Part shown: one piece after another, positions 24,701-38,200 of the stretch
How the letters are laid out: each line of letters begins with the position of its first letter
Numbering within the stretch: the first letter of the stretch is position 1
Origin: Zygnema circumcarinatum SAG 698-1b
Lineage: Eukaryota > Plantae > Zygnematophyceae
Assembly: GCA_037447605.1 (NCBI GenBank)
Contig: CM074807.1
Span: 2,862,327 to 2,926,326 of the forward strand
Reading direction: 5' to 3'
DNA length: 64,000 bases
Notes under the pieces: model-generated
Databases searched by the model: none
What the model was told of the DNA's origin: nothing
What the model saw: the letters and a program-made list of their open reading frames with translations, nothing else
Position numbers and translations under genes: made by a program

Positions 24701-27700
24701 ATGGCTACCGTGAACGACGGGGAGCTTCCAAATGCACCAGTTGGCAAGTCGGAGAACGAGCTTCGGCGAGAACTGGAAGAGCTTGAGCGGCAGCAGCAGC
24801 AGGTGCACTATTGAAGAGGAGACCTTGTTTCTTTGGTTTCAAAATTTTGTGCTGTTTGTGCTTCTATAGGTACTAGGAACAAAATCTTTGCTCCCTTTAG
24901 TAGGGCAGTACGAGCTGCTTTTGCAGGCGGGAGGGCGCGTGCTCAACAAGATGTATCCAGATTTTTGCTCAGGATTTTGCGCGATGTGGTGAGGGTTTTT
25001 ATGAGGCACAGATTAATGAGCGTCTGCGGGAGTCTATCCCCAATCGGAGATATTTGCGAGCAGCAGGACGTGGAGGACCTGCAGGAGGTCCAGGGGCATC
25101 AAACTGGCCTGGTGGAGATGCAGGGCCTCCATTTAGAACTCCAGGGGGACGCGGTTTCCAGCGCGGTGTTGTTCGCACAGTGAGCCAATTCAACTCTTCG
25201 CAATTATCTGAAATTTTTAGCTCTGAAAGGTCTTCTCGAGTAGCTTACTTCTACTTGTTTTCTAAGACAAAGAAGAATAAATGGCGCTGTGGAAGGCCAT
25301 TGATCTTTTGCAGACTGAACATGGCTCGTACTGCTAAAGGACAACCTGACGTTCTGTTTGATTTTTGCAGTTTGAGGAGACAGGCTTGGGTGAGGAGCAA
25401 CCAGCACGGAAGAGGAGGCTCTCATCTGCAGTTGTCAAGGTCTGACTTCGACGTTTTGGGTCTCCGCTCGCAGGTTTAGGTGGTCATCATTTGCAAATTA
25501 TAGGGGCCGTATTGCCTGCTTGTTGATTCGCTTTTACCGGGCATTTGTCATTCCAAGAAGCAACTCGCACGTTACCGTTTCAGTACTTTATTTGATGTAA
25601 CTGCTGATATTGGAATGTGAATGGCGTTGTGAGATGCTGACTACTTTCTGGATGAACTATGTACAGGTGAATAATTCTGAAGCAGAAAACCTGGTCGGAA
25701 ATGGGCAAGGGGAGGAAACCGAAGAGGACAGGGGCCGTCCTTTAGAAGGAAGGAAATTTTACGATGGTTCTCGCTTTTCAGGGCGCCATGCGGTGCGATT
25801 CCTGCCTTTCCTTTTTAGCTCAATAACGAGCTGTATTGCAATTATGTGTAGGAATTAAGAAGCATGGTAGAATCGTAACAGGCGTCAATCTAGCAAAGGC
25901 CTGAAAATCGTTGTTGGGTCCAATAGGAACGAAAGGTGGTACGGCCTGTGCTCGCTTCACAAGGAGGATCATTGGCTGAATCATGCCTTCTCGTCTTTTA
26001 TCCAGATGGACGCAGAGCCTATGGCCCCTGTGCCTCGTGTGTTGCCAGTAGAGCACGATCCCAAATTGACACGTCGAAATCGGCGAATGTTCGGAGCACT
26101 CTTGTTGGGCACTCTGGAGGTTGGTTGTTCCCCTGACCAATTTATTTTGAGCTGCTGGAGGTGTGTTAGTTCTTCAAACTTGAAAGCTGCCAATTAACCT
26201 GGCCTTTTTGATTAATACTTTAGGGGGGTAACGACAGTGTGATAGGAATGGGTTCCGAGGTTAGAGAGACAGTGGGAAAGTATTGTGATGGGCTAATTCA
26301 CTTACCGCGATCCACAATTTGTTTGGTTGGCTCTTAGAAACGATACACATGGTTCCACTAAAGAAAAAGTGAAAAACTCAAAGTCTTAGACAGTTAAACA
26401 CATCCTTCTAGATTTGAAAATTATGCTTGCTTGCAGTCAGGTCAATCCTTGATGAGTGAACGTCAACTGAGAGATTCTAGTTTGCTATATGTGCAGAAAT
26501 TTAAGGAGGAAGACAAAAAACTACAGGGTTCGGATGCATACCTCAGACGCAATTTTTCACTGCAAAAGGTACATTTTGCTCACATTTACTGTTGTCTTCG
26601 AGAGAGTTGCACAGTTTTGGTATCGGAAATCCGCTGGTTCTGACGCTCCATTGTAATTTCTTCAGTTACACGCTAACTCAGTCGGCGTGCTGTACTGTCT
26701 TGTAGGAAATGTCTGCTTCCCAGTGGTAGACTTGAGAGCAGTTTGGTTGTGATGATCGTCTGATTAAGATGGAAGAGTTTATCGTGATGGCCCGACCTTC
26801 CCGTGTCTGTAGGCGGAGCAGAGAAAAATGGAAGAAAGTGAGCGCCTTCGTCAACAAGAGCGCAAGGAGGCAGAGGAGCGCCGGAAAAAGGATCTGGTTA
26901 GTTGGAACAATGGCATTGAATTTCATATGTCTGTCCATAACGAGAGATGTGAAAATTGACTGGCGGGTGTGGTGAGGGGCGGGATCATACGCTTTGAGAA
27001 GGCGAATCTTCATTTGTAAAGAATTTGCCTCTGCGGCGTCCTTTCTCGCACAAATCTTTATCTAAGGCTCAGTAGAGTTCAGGTAGGCTAGAGAAGTCAT
27101 CATGCCAAGCTGGTGAAGTCTCTCAGAGGTCATGTGAGGGCTATTTTTTTTTTGGCGATGGAGCAGACATTGCGAGCTCGATTGGCTGCAAAGGCAGAAG
27201 AGAAGCAGTTGGAGCTGTTGTACTTGCAGTGGGCCTCACATCGTGAGCGCCTCTCAATGGTTTTGAGGTAAGTAAAATTACTTTGATGATGCTGTTGTTT
27301 TCTTTCTATTCATGCACTCCCGACTCCAGTTGTTATGAGGGCCGTCCGGGTCATCTGATGCTTTTGTCGAATCCAAGGTCAAGCCATTTTTGAAAGGATT
27401 TCCACCAATTGAACCAACGTGAATTGCTAAGTAGGGGGTTGATTCCGTTGTGGTGCAACAGAACACGGTCGAAGCCGTCAATATTTTTCCAACCTGCGCA
27501 GAGCTGTGAGGCCACGGACTTACTTCTTGAAGAGCAGCAAAAGGTAATTGTAGGACCAAGACCCAGGGACTATGTGTCCAATGTCAGGGTGTCTGCATGT
27601 AGGCAGGCTGATTATAATTTTTGATACACTAATATTGATTATCTGGCATAAAACTTGCTGACCTTTCTGGGCGGGTGACTCCCAGGAATTGGAGGATTGG

Positions 27701-28093
27701 CGACAATCAAAGAGAGCTGAAATGCAGCAGTACTGTGCAGCAGTGCAAGATGAGTATCTTGCAAATGTCGAGAAGGAGCTTGAGCGTTGGCGGACAGGGG
27801 AGGCGCCTTTTAGGAGGGCTCATCAGCAAAGCTCGGTACGCCCCAATGAGGGAATGCAGGAGCAGGGAGAGAGACAGGAACAGAGGGAGGAGAGCACGAT
27901 TGCGGGGGAGGATATGGGCCCCTTAACGGCAGCAGATGATGAAGAGTTGGGAGAGGGCTCTGAACCGGTTGTAGAAGAAGAGAAGGAGGCTTCGGGTGCT
28001 GTGGAAGATTTGGGTGACGTTAACATGAGCAGTGCAAAGGAAGCAGAGTTCCAGCAAGAAGAAGTGCAGGAAAGAGAGGAAGAGGATACTTGA
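24701..28093 (+). CDS. PNN: Pinin/SDK/memA family protein (exon junction complex-associated)
   Basis: The spliced product reads ENELRRELEELERQQQQ|INERLRE..., NRRMFGALLLGTLE|KFKEEDK...|AEQRKMEESERLRQQER...DL|TLRARLAAKAEEKQLELLYLQWASH..., with an acidic tail. This matches plant pinin. Confidence 0.88.
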
Positions 28094-29008
28094 AGGGATG
28101 GACGGCAGGGGCTTAGGGGCTTATGCTTGCGAGGCTTTCCTTAATATTGATAATGCCAGAATTGGTTTTTAAAAGCACTTGCTTGCGCACATTTTTTGCC
28201 CTATTCTTTTATGTTGTGTTAAACCAATATGAACTGCAACATTTTTCTTATGTTCGAAGTCGTGTCATGACGTTTCAGACCATGGGACTTTTAAGGTTCG
28301 TGCCTTTGCGTGGGCTTTCATACCTCCGGTTTTTGTCTTACAAAGCGCTATCGTGGGGTTGCTGCACAAGTGGAGGGCCCCTTCCTTACAGATGCAAACC
28401 AAAAAGCAGCGCTTGGTTTTATGCACTCAATTGGGCCTAAGGATTCGGACAGGCAACCATGGGGAAAAAGACTGAACTGACTGCGGTACACAGCGCAGGC
28501 CTGTATAACCCCTCGCACAGACTAAAGCATCCTGATGCCAACACAAGTGTGGAAAGTGGCCGGAGAAGAAGGGAGTCAGATTGAGAAACCATGACGTCGA
28601 AAGGCAATTTCTTGTTTTTAAATAAAGACAAAGCTTTTTTAACAATAAAATTTGAACCAAAAGCTTCTACGCTACAGTTGGAACTGCTGTACTGTATCCA
28701 AAATTTATTCTAAAAGGAAAGGACGACTCCAGCAGCAGCGTAAACCAAAACTCAGTCACACTATGCCTGTGTCCTACTGAACGAGCCGCGTGTGGACAAT
28801 AACCTAAGCCAAAAAAAGACACCTTTTGCACCTTTACTTATTGCTGGCTGCAACCTACACAAGAAATGCAGAACTTTAAGTAAACCTATGTAAGAACTTC
28901 GAAAACCCTAACCAGTGAGGAGGATCTCCAGCTTTTGTAAGCTGTTACAGCACGGCCTGTCCTCCAGTAAAAACACGTCTGTTTCCAAGTGCTCCAAGCA
29001 AAGCGGTT

Positions 29009-30291
29009 CTATGCAGCTGCGCCGTTCGCCGTTGCTCCTTTGAGCAGGACCTCCTCCATGATGTCTTTGCCAGTGAGGAAGGGCACACCGTTGGCCTCCG
29101 CCCACTCTTTAGCCCGAAGCGGCGGCAGCGCCCCGTCGTCCTCCCCCTCGTTGCAGAGCATCACGCAGCCCACCTGCACGACATGCGCCTCTCTCCCTTC
29201 ACATACGGACAACTCATCTTCCCAGAACCCGACGGGGTTCATCCAGAATAAGACCATCCTACGTCGAATGGTGACAGCCTAGTGAAATTAATTCTAGGAA
29301 GCACGAGGCTACTAGCAAACCTTTCTTAATTGGACACAGGAAGCTTGTCAAGTTCACTGCTTGATGTCCAGGTTCATTTTCTCAGCTACAAATGTCCTCC
29401 TTTAAAGATTGCCATCAATGCCAAGCAAGTTGCGAAATGCAGGATTCGAACTCGGGACAGCAGGATCTGGGAGCAACACCTCTCAACAGCACCCTACAAA
29501 GGGGCACTATCCCACAGACATCGGCTTCATGGTTTACGTTCTGTGTTTCCCCCACTCGCTCCCCTGCATGCAAAACCCTCGACCTTTCTGACAGTGACTC
29601 CCCACTAACTCCGCCAAATGCACTTCCCATCCACTTTCATCGACAGCCTCCAGCCTCTGACGCCTATTCCCAAAGCCCTCAACGCTGCAGAACGGGCTCT
29701 CACCATAATGGGAGTGATTCCCGCATAGCGCGCCAGCGCAACCGAGAGCTCCGTGTGGCCGCGCCGCGCAGCCAGCCCGTCCTTGTTCTCTATGCACAGG
29801 AAGACATGGCCGGGGCAGTGAAACTCTTCTCCCAGCAGCTCCGCCGCCCGCTCCACCGAGGCGGGGGGATCGCAGCGGCTGACCTCCTCCCAGAGCTCCG
29901 CGAAGCGGCGGCAGGTCACGCTCCGCTGGTCGTCAGGCGCGCCCGTGCGCGTCTCGCGGTGGTCAAGGCTCAGCCCCACAGAGCACGCGCCCTGGCAGGC
30001 GCCCTCGGCCTTCTTCTGGAGGCCCCCCAGAGAGGGGAAGGCGGCGGCGGCCCCGCGCAGGACCTCCCCCGCAAAGGGTAGCCCGAAGGCGCGGGCGACG
30101 CCGCTGGCAGTGGCGATGTAGAGCTCGCCGCCGGCCTGCGTGCGGAGGAGGCGGAGGCGGCGCGCGGAGAGGAAGGCGGCGGGGAAGAAGAGGTCCGTCT
30201 CCGCCTCGCGCGACTCGTCGTCGAGGATGGCCACGCACTCCCCAAGCCGCAGCCGCGCCACGGCCGCCGCCATGTCTGGGGAGGGCGCCAT
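29009..30291 (-). CDS. ribB: Stand-alone 3,4-dihydroxy-2-butanone-4-phosphate synthase-like protein (RibB fold, archaeal-type), about 250 aa, 2 exons
   Basis: Exon 1 is 30291-29704 and exon 2 is 29173-29009 (GT-AG). Motifs: [60 protein letters not shown]. Confidence 0.85.
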
Positions 30292-30561
30292 GGCGGACAG
30301 GCGGGAGAGGGAGAGGGAGAGGGAGGGTAAGAGGGAGAGAGGGAAGTGGGAAGGAGGGCCTCTGCGGCCGCCGCCAGCACTGCGCTGTACTGTCCGTACG
30401 GTGGGAGATTGCGCGCCACGTGGCACGCTATCCGCTATCTTAGGGACATTACCGTACACCATTACGATATCGTATTGTATCGGGCGTGGTCAATATCGGG
30501 CGGTCGCGGCGGGCCGTGGAAGGCGAGGGGAGCGGGTTGGTCGATACGATATCGTCAACAT

Positions 30562-31139
30562 CGTAAAACCGGACAGATTGAGGAAAAACAAATTAAACAT
30601 TTCGGCTTCTCAAAAAAAAAAAACAAATTCAAAACCAGTTTTTCAAAAAAAAACCCTATATTTGTCAACGGGATTCATTTTGAGAAATGAGAAATGAATT
30701 CCTAATTTTTTTCTCTTGTAATTTTATGGAGAATCAATTGAACGGTGAACGATTAATTATCGTTCGTGTTCGATTTGAGTTTTCCCTGGGTCCACCGAGC
30801 AACAATGAGATTTTAGCGGATCGCAAAGCGGGTGGACCCGGAGGTTTGTACAGAGATTGTTGATCGGCTCACGGGAAGAGTCGTACGGCAAAACTGGGGG
30901 CCCAGGTTAACCAGATTCCTCGAATCGTACGAAACCAACGTGGCAAAAAGTGGAATCCACACGTGCGATCAAACCAATTGAGTCTTTGAACTTTTCTTTT
31001 TGAACTTTTTCGCTTTCTTAAATCGAAAAAGTTTCGACCTCGAGTGTTCAAAGTTCAACCCTATTATTCAATAAGAAGAATGAGAATTGAGAAATTAAGT
31101 AAACTCGTTTCACAATTTCTCAACCTGTTCGGTTTTACG
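30562..31139. mobile_element. AT-rich MITE-like element with imperfect 22-bp TIRs
   Basis: Left end CGTAAAACCGGACAGATTGAGG versus right end TCTCAACCTGTTCGGTTTTACG gives 19/22 complementary. Internal TGAGAAAT repeats lie near both ends. No clear TSD. Confidence 0.65.
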
Positions 31140-32217
31140 GGTACATAAAACATAACCGTTGGCAGGGTTCGCTTCTTCTTCCTCTTGTGGGTGCGCTCGG
31201 AGGGGGATGGCTAAAGGACTAAAGGCCCACCACCGTTTCTGGCACGAAGCCAACAACAACAACAACAACAACAACAAACAACGCACATTATTCTGTTTGC
31301 AACAGAGCAATGTGTGCCCCTGCGCTGAAAGAACACACATTGCACCCATCGGCGTTTCATTGACCCGTGTTTTATAGTGTTTAGTGTTTTGTGTTGTCTT
31401 TGGTACCCGACCAAAGTGGTTCCAAAAGACAGGAATCAGCGCCACATATGAACGTGAAGGCAGACAGACTCGAGTTGTGCTTGCACTGTGGCCTTAGCCT
31501 TCACGGCTTCACCAACGGTTGGTTTCCTCCACCAACTTCACAGCCTGGTCGCCTCCGTTCGGTCCCTCACATCCCACACAAGGCCGAAGCACTGCAGTAT
31601 GCCGCAGATAGAGACACAGGACTACAAGTCATTGCTCAGGATCGACGGATTATAAGAAGATTGATCATCAGCTGGTAGCCGGACCTTCCTTTTCAAAAAA
31701 AACCTGTGGTGTGACGTACAACAACAAAAAGGAGCCGCCAGTTGGCCTGACACGAAGGCCATCTGACTACGCGCTGCTCCTGCCGACTACCAAAATTGGT
31801 GTCCGAAATTCGTTAACTGCCGCGCCCTGGCTCTGAACAGCGCAAGCCTGCTCATCTGCTTCTCTCCTAGACTATGTACAAATCTGTGGTTCCGCCGTCT
31901 CTGCAGACTCCTAGTAGAAACTCGCTCCTTATTTGGACTATAAAGACATGAATGAATCCCTACTTGAGCAGTTGACATCTATTTGGTGTGGTGGGGGAGG
32001 GAGGGAGGGAGGGGGTGGGAGGGAGGGAGGGAGGCCGGGGGGGGGAGGTCGCTGTGAGCCATGCTGCTCGCATTCTTAGATCCTGCCTGCCGTGCTAGTC
32101 ACGGCCTGTACATGGCTCACACTCGATTCGCCCCCCCCTTATTTACACCTGCCTGCAGGTAGCTCCTAGGCTCTAAAAATAAGGGGAGGGAATAATTAGT
32201 GGAGTGGAGCATGCCGG

Positions 32218-35200
32218 TCACAACAGAGTCATCCCCAAATTCTTCCACAGCCATTTCTTGTCAGCTGAAGGGGGCATGAACTGCAGAGCGAGCAGCTCCT
32301 TGGCTGCCACCCCATGCTCTGGAAAACGCATTATGAGACCCACGAGGTGGGCACTAGCCTCCACGTGGCCCATGTCTCGGGGTTGTGTCCAGACCATGGC
32401 TGCCAGTTGCAGCTTCCGCTGCTTAGAACTCCGCTCTATCCTCCACTGTTCAAAAAGTTTCTCTCTCTCTTCCAACGTGAATCTCGCCCGCAATCTCCTC
32501 GCAATGAGATCTCGCTCACGCTGCAGAGCTTTCTCCCTGCACGCAAATTTATCCGACGAGTTAAAAAGGAGCAGCTCCTCTTCTGGGAACTGCCTGCACT
32601 CACTCCACTACTCCCATATTGTGGAATATGAAAATCGACCCAACACGAGGACCTCTCACCTTCGTGCCATGGACTGCTCGCCATCGTCCATGCGGCTCTG
32701 CTCACACATCCACACCATCCTCCGCTGCTCCACTTCGAGGTATATCGAGTCACTGGGTTCTCCGGTGATGAGAAGATAGAACTGCGTGCGGTGCACAAGG
32801 GAAACATGGCTGCGCTGCCATAGCTCTGTTATAGAGAGCATTTCACGTTCAAAACGAACAGGCCACAGGCGGAGGGAGCTTGTGGAGTGCAGACCTCCAC
32901 TCCCGCCATCACTTTGCTCATCGTCATCGTAAGGTATATGGCGTTGGCCTTCCATTTCCAGCACCTGAACCACCATTAAATCACGGCAGGTAAGGAGCTA
33001 CAGATTAGTAAAGCTCTACAATACCTGAGCTGCTAAAGATACTCTACAGTTACGTACACACACACAGCAGGAATGGCCGATCCATGCAACAAGGCCTGGC
33101 AGAGCCTCAGACAGTGAAAGCTCACCTTCTCAATGAGAACGTGCTTGTGATGGTCAAGCTTAGCAATACGTTCCTTCAGCTGCTGCACATAACTTCTTAG
33201 GCTCCGAATATTCTCCTGCGCCGCCTGCTTAAAGAGAAGCTGCAGACGTCTGTCTCCCTTAGACCCTGCAAGCCACTCTTTTGCTTCCATGCCTCCAATT
33301 TCCATCTCTGCTGGCCCACCTGTCGGTGCCCTCTCGTCCAAAACCGATACGTTTTCCTCATTGGTTTCCCTAAGAACAGCAGAGCTGTTCACAGGTGACT
33401 TGTGCGAACCGATGTTGGGTAGAATGGCGTTCCCAGTGGACACCTTAATGTCTACAAGTGCTTTACGCCCTTCCCCAGCATCCTCCGCCTCGCAGAATTT
33501 GTCCAGAGATTGCTGCACTCTTTCCAACTCTTCTTCTAGCCGCGCAAAAGTCTCCTTCTCCTTATCATCCCTCAGTCGTGAGAGCTCCCGCAGACTCACC
33601 ACAATGTTGTCTTTGCTTCCCTCTGTGCTCACACTCTTGTCCCCACTAACTTCATCTTGCCCAAGAAGCTCCGCACCTCCCTCAGGGCTGCGAGCCAACT
33701 GAATGAGCCGAACTTCAGCCTGTAATCTCCCTCTCCCCAACTCCAAACACATCAGCCGTTGCTTTGTTACACACGACATATTCTGAAACTTGTCCACTCC
33801 GAAAGATGGACATCATGGAGGATGGCACCTTCCTTAGCAACTATGAATTGCATATCTGCGTTTGAATACCAGGGTGGTAAAGGCAGGTGATGTATCACAC
33901 CTGTAGCTGCGCCAGTGTTTCTGCATTGCCTTGATTCATGCCCTGCTGAGCCATTCGTAGGCAATGCATTTCCTTCATGAGAGCCTCCATCGCCCGTCCA
34001 GCATCTTCCACAATCTCATCATTCATTGTGGCAAGCTTTCGCACCTCACTCTGAATGCGCGTTTGGAGTCTCCTAATCCTGCCCTCATTCCCTCTCATAA
34101 CAAAAGTCAGCCAGCTGCAAAAACATCATCCTTTACAGCATCAAGAAACAACAACTTCTTATCGCATACTTGCAAGTCAAGCCCCCTTTCCGTCCCCGAA
34201 ACCAAGCTATTACCTGTGCCTTTCCCGAGCACCCTCCCCTTGGAGCCAACTCTCTGAGGGTCCAATTCGTGCACTGCTCGCTTCAAGCAGCCCTCCCATG
34301 CTGCCTGAAGAGAGGGGACTCTCATGCGATGCCGAAGGGGACCTCTTCTTTGCATTGCGGAAGCTCGCTCCTTGACGCATGAATCTCTGCAGGCTTGGCT
34401 GCCGAATGTCCTTTGTTGCATCGCGTCCCTGAGCATCCCCACAGCGAGCAACCTCCTCTCAACATTGCATATATAGACTCCGTAAGCAATTCCAGGATCC
34501 TTGACTTAGAGAATTTGGCTAGACATGCAGCATTCAATATTGTGAAGTTTCAGGAACAGATCTTCACGAAATAGGCGGCCATTCGAGGGAGACAACAGCC
34601 TAAATTGGCTTGCAATAAATGAATGGGTCTTTGCAGGTCCACTCACAGCAAGCTTCAATTCCGCTTTGCTCAGAGCATTAGTGACTTCCTGCAATCGGAC
34701 TTGGGCCACATTCCGCTGCCGTGACAGCTCCGCATTCTCAGCCTCCAGCTGCCAACGAGAGGAGACACAAGCAAAAATAAGCATATCAGCAGGACAACTC
34801 TCTGCAGGCATAAACAGGTCATGGTCTTCTTAAGGAAATTACATTTTCGGACGCCATAAGGACTGAGAGTCCAACGACATTGCACACACAAATACACTTT
34901 CATGCAGCATCTCTCAACTGCACGCTTGCAAACGTCGTCTTTTACGAATGTCCAAGGTCCATTCCTTCCTCCACCGTTTTCAGTCTTTCCTTCCTTCCAA
35001 TGCCAACATAAAAGAGATATTTTCACTTAAAACTGCACCTTTTGCACTAGTAGCCGTTGTGCCTGAAAATCTGCCATTGAAGGAGCTGTCAGCAGTTCTG
35101 CTTGCAAGCGGGCTACTTCCCTCTCCAGCTGTTTCACCAGCACCTTGTCCGACATCATCTGCATGGAGCCGTTTCCCGTTTGACATCATTCCCCAGGTTA

Positions 35201-38200
35201 TCTCCAATATGGATCATACTTCAGAAGCAGAGAACTATCGCTCGTAACGTGTGACAGATAAAAGCACAAAGCACCATTCCAGACAACCTACCTAAAAGAT
35301 AACATGAAGTGCAGACACATTAAGGACAGGCTGCACTATAAAAGCCATAGCAAACCCGGCTATGGCCCCATATAAGCAGGTTAGAAAACTTTGAACTTGA
35401 GAGAACGAACCACCTACTCCTGTCACGGTTCATGCAATGTATACCTCCCACTCCTGCAATTAGTAATTTGTACTCACCAAATTAACATGTGCTGTGTTGG
35501 TGACCTCCTTGGCCCGTGTGGCAAACGAGAGTGTGTTTCGAGTCTGGTCTACATGCGTTCGAGCAGGGCTAAGGGTACAGATAATGGCGGTTCGGCCGTT
35601 TCCTCCCAAAGAGTGGGAGAGGATTCGGGTCAACTTGGAATCTCGGTATGGAATATGGCCAGAGCGAGTTTTGTTTCCGCCACTGCATGCAGACACCGAC
35701 ACAACTCCACTGCATTTAAAACCCCTCTCCTTAGCGAGCACGGCCTCTTCTCCTACTCAGAAGAGATAAGGACTTCACCTGAGTTTGCGGATGACTGTGC
35801 TCAGCGTCAACAAGCTGCGGTTAATGTAAGCTCCCTCCTTTAGACGGGTTCCCTCTGCTTGCGTTTGCGAAGCTCGCTCTGAGCCAGCAAGGTCCACAAA
35901 ATTCTGCTCCCACCCTCACCCTAGTCAAGTGTCATAATATTGTTGCACCAATAGTGCAAGTCGACACGTTTTCGCATACTCAGGCCCACTATTTGTGGCA
36001 AGGAAATCAACAGGGAGTGCCGTAGCTTAACAAGAGCAGCAACAACGATGCGAGTACAAAGTGAAAGAGCATCTTTTGAGTTATAACTTTTTCAAACGGG
36101 CAACAACAAATGCTTCCAACGGAGAGGAGGTTGAAAGCTTGATTAGCAGCGAGCACAACTCACGAAACAGTCTCCATGCTTGCCAGATTCTGACAAATGC
36201 CAAAAGCAAAGGAAGGAGGAAACCATACCAGAGTAGCTGTGAGGACCTGCCCACTGAAGCCCTCTAGAGACGACTTCAGACCCGTTGATGGCAAGGGGCA
36301 GCTTTCTACTGTCTGCAGGGCCACATTCATTTCCTTGATCAAAACTAGAATTCCATCATGCATGCATTGCTGTAGGACACTTGTAACCACTCTCCGACCG
36401 CACGCAGAATCTCGCTTGCAGTAGGAGAATGATAGTCAGCTCCCAATGCAACCTGGTTTCCTCGACTTCACTGCATATAGCATTTGTGGGCTTCAGGCCA
36501 GCTTTCAACTCTGGTATAGCTAGCACCACTACCTGTTAAGTCTGTAAAAGTATACGTGATATCCTAGGCTGATGCGTCACAACTAGCAAGAACTGACTTG
36601 TTGTCACATCTCCATTTTCTCCAAGCCATTTTGTTTGGTTTTGTCACAGTGGCTCACTCTCTAAGCTATCCCGCTCCTTTGTGCACATCTGACCATTCGC
36701 ATTCATCAGCACTAGGTCCCTCGAGATTTATAACTATTATCATCCGTAGTCCAAATGTATGACACGGGATACTGCTTCACGTTTCGTACTCCGTGCACTA
36801 ACTGATAGCATTTGTAACACTCACATGCAACATGTAAGGAACAGCTCCCATAATCTACAGAACAGTCGAGACATGCTTGGAAGCAAAAGAACTCTAGACT
36901 TAATAAATTGGCCTCCCCCTCATATCCAGTGCATGCAGAGCAATGACATGATATAGAAAGGATTGGAGAGAGTGCAGAAAGGTGAAGGAACACACCAGTC
37001 GCACAATTTGATGCGACCGCGAGCTGAACTCGTTCAGAGTGGTCTCCCCCACCTGCCGCTGGGCTGCCAAGCCCACCATCATTCAATTCAGTGGATCAGC
37101 CACACTTGTCAATGGCATAGTTGTACGGTTGAAGGGAAGCCATGCCCAGGAACTGCAATTGTGCGCATCAGTTTTTGGTTCATTTGAAGAGGAGTGGAGC
37201 TGAAAGTACACTCGCAATCGGCCAGGATTTGGCGCAGATGCATGGACGAACGAACCACCTCCTCAGTGAGTTTTTCAACGACAGTCCCCTTCTGCCAATG
37301 CTCCCAAATGTGATACACCAGTGAGATAAAGCTTCCTGAAAGTTGCTGCAAAGCCATCTTCTTTATTCAGCAAAGCCGGATTTTGGAAAAAGCTGCCTCG
37401 GTTCGTGAAGGAGTGTTCGTAATGAGGGAGTATCGGGGACTGCAACGGGAGTCATTGAGGAATAAAAAAGGGTGTCCCCGCAATTCAGGCAACCAGTGGG
37501 ATGCTGACAGTGTGCAGGAAAAAGGCAACTAGTAATGCTTACATAGGGATCGTCCAGGAGGCGAAGGGCGCCGCTCTCCATATTCAGTAAATCCCGCACA
37601 ACTTCATTGTAAATCTCCAAAGCTGAGACGCGAATCATGTACTCGCGTTGAGGAGTCTGCCATTACCGCAAAAACATATGAGACATGCAAGGCTGCACGA
37701 AGCCACAAGTCTAGCTTCTCTAGACCAAGCTATGTGAGATTATTCAGTCTCTCGGAAAAAAAGGGATATGATCTTAGAACCAGGACTCCAACGGCATGAA
37801 GAACAAAAGGAACGAAGTACGTCGTCGGCAAGCAGTTACGCCCTTCGAGACACTGCAGGGGACTGTTACACTACTCTTGGATATGACGATTCATGCCAGT
37901 GACTACATGGAAAAAATAAAGGTGTTTTAAATTCTGAGAAGATACACGAAAAACTTCAAAGGAGGTACGTGTTTGCATAAACAACAGCAAACAGATGGAA
38001 AACATTGCCCTGTGGGGAAGGCCCCCTACTCAAAAGAGAGTATGAGCTTAGTCCAATTAAAGATAAGGATTGCAGGTAAGCTCACTATTGCTGTGGGAAA
38101 GAGGAATCACTAAAGGTTTTGAGGGAAGTGTTTGGTCTATCCAAGCTGTGAACAAAAGAAAGTGAGCCAATCCAAACCCATGAAAATAGCCGGAATAACT

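Noticed and set aside
28903-28912. Telo-box (AAACCCTA) occurrences here and near 38910, 53247 and 61398
   Set aside because: Scattered single copies in introns and 3' regions, with no consistent promoter position and no telomeric array.
29425-29500. tRNA-like sequence in the ribB intron (minus strand GTCCCGAGTTCGAATCCTG)
   Set aside because: It has a B-box/T-arm look but no convincing acceptor or D stem. At most it is a decayed tRNA-derived SINE.
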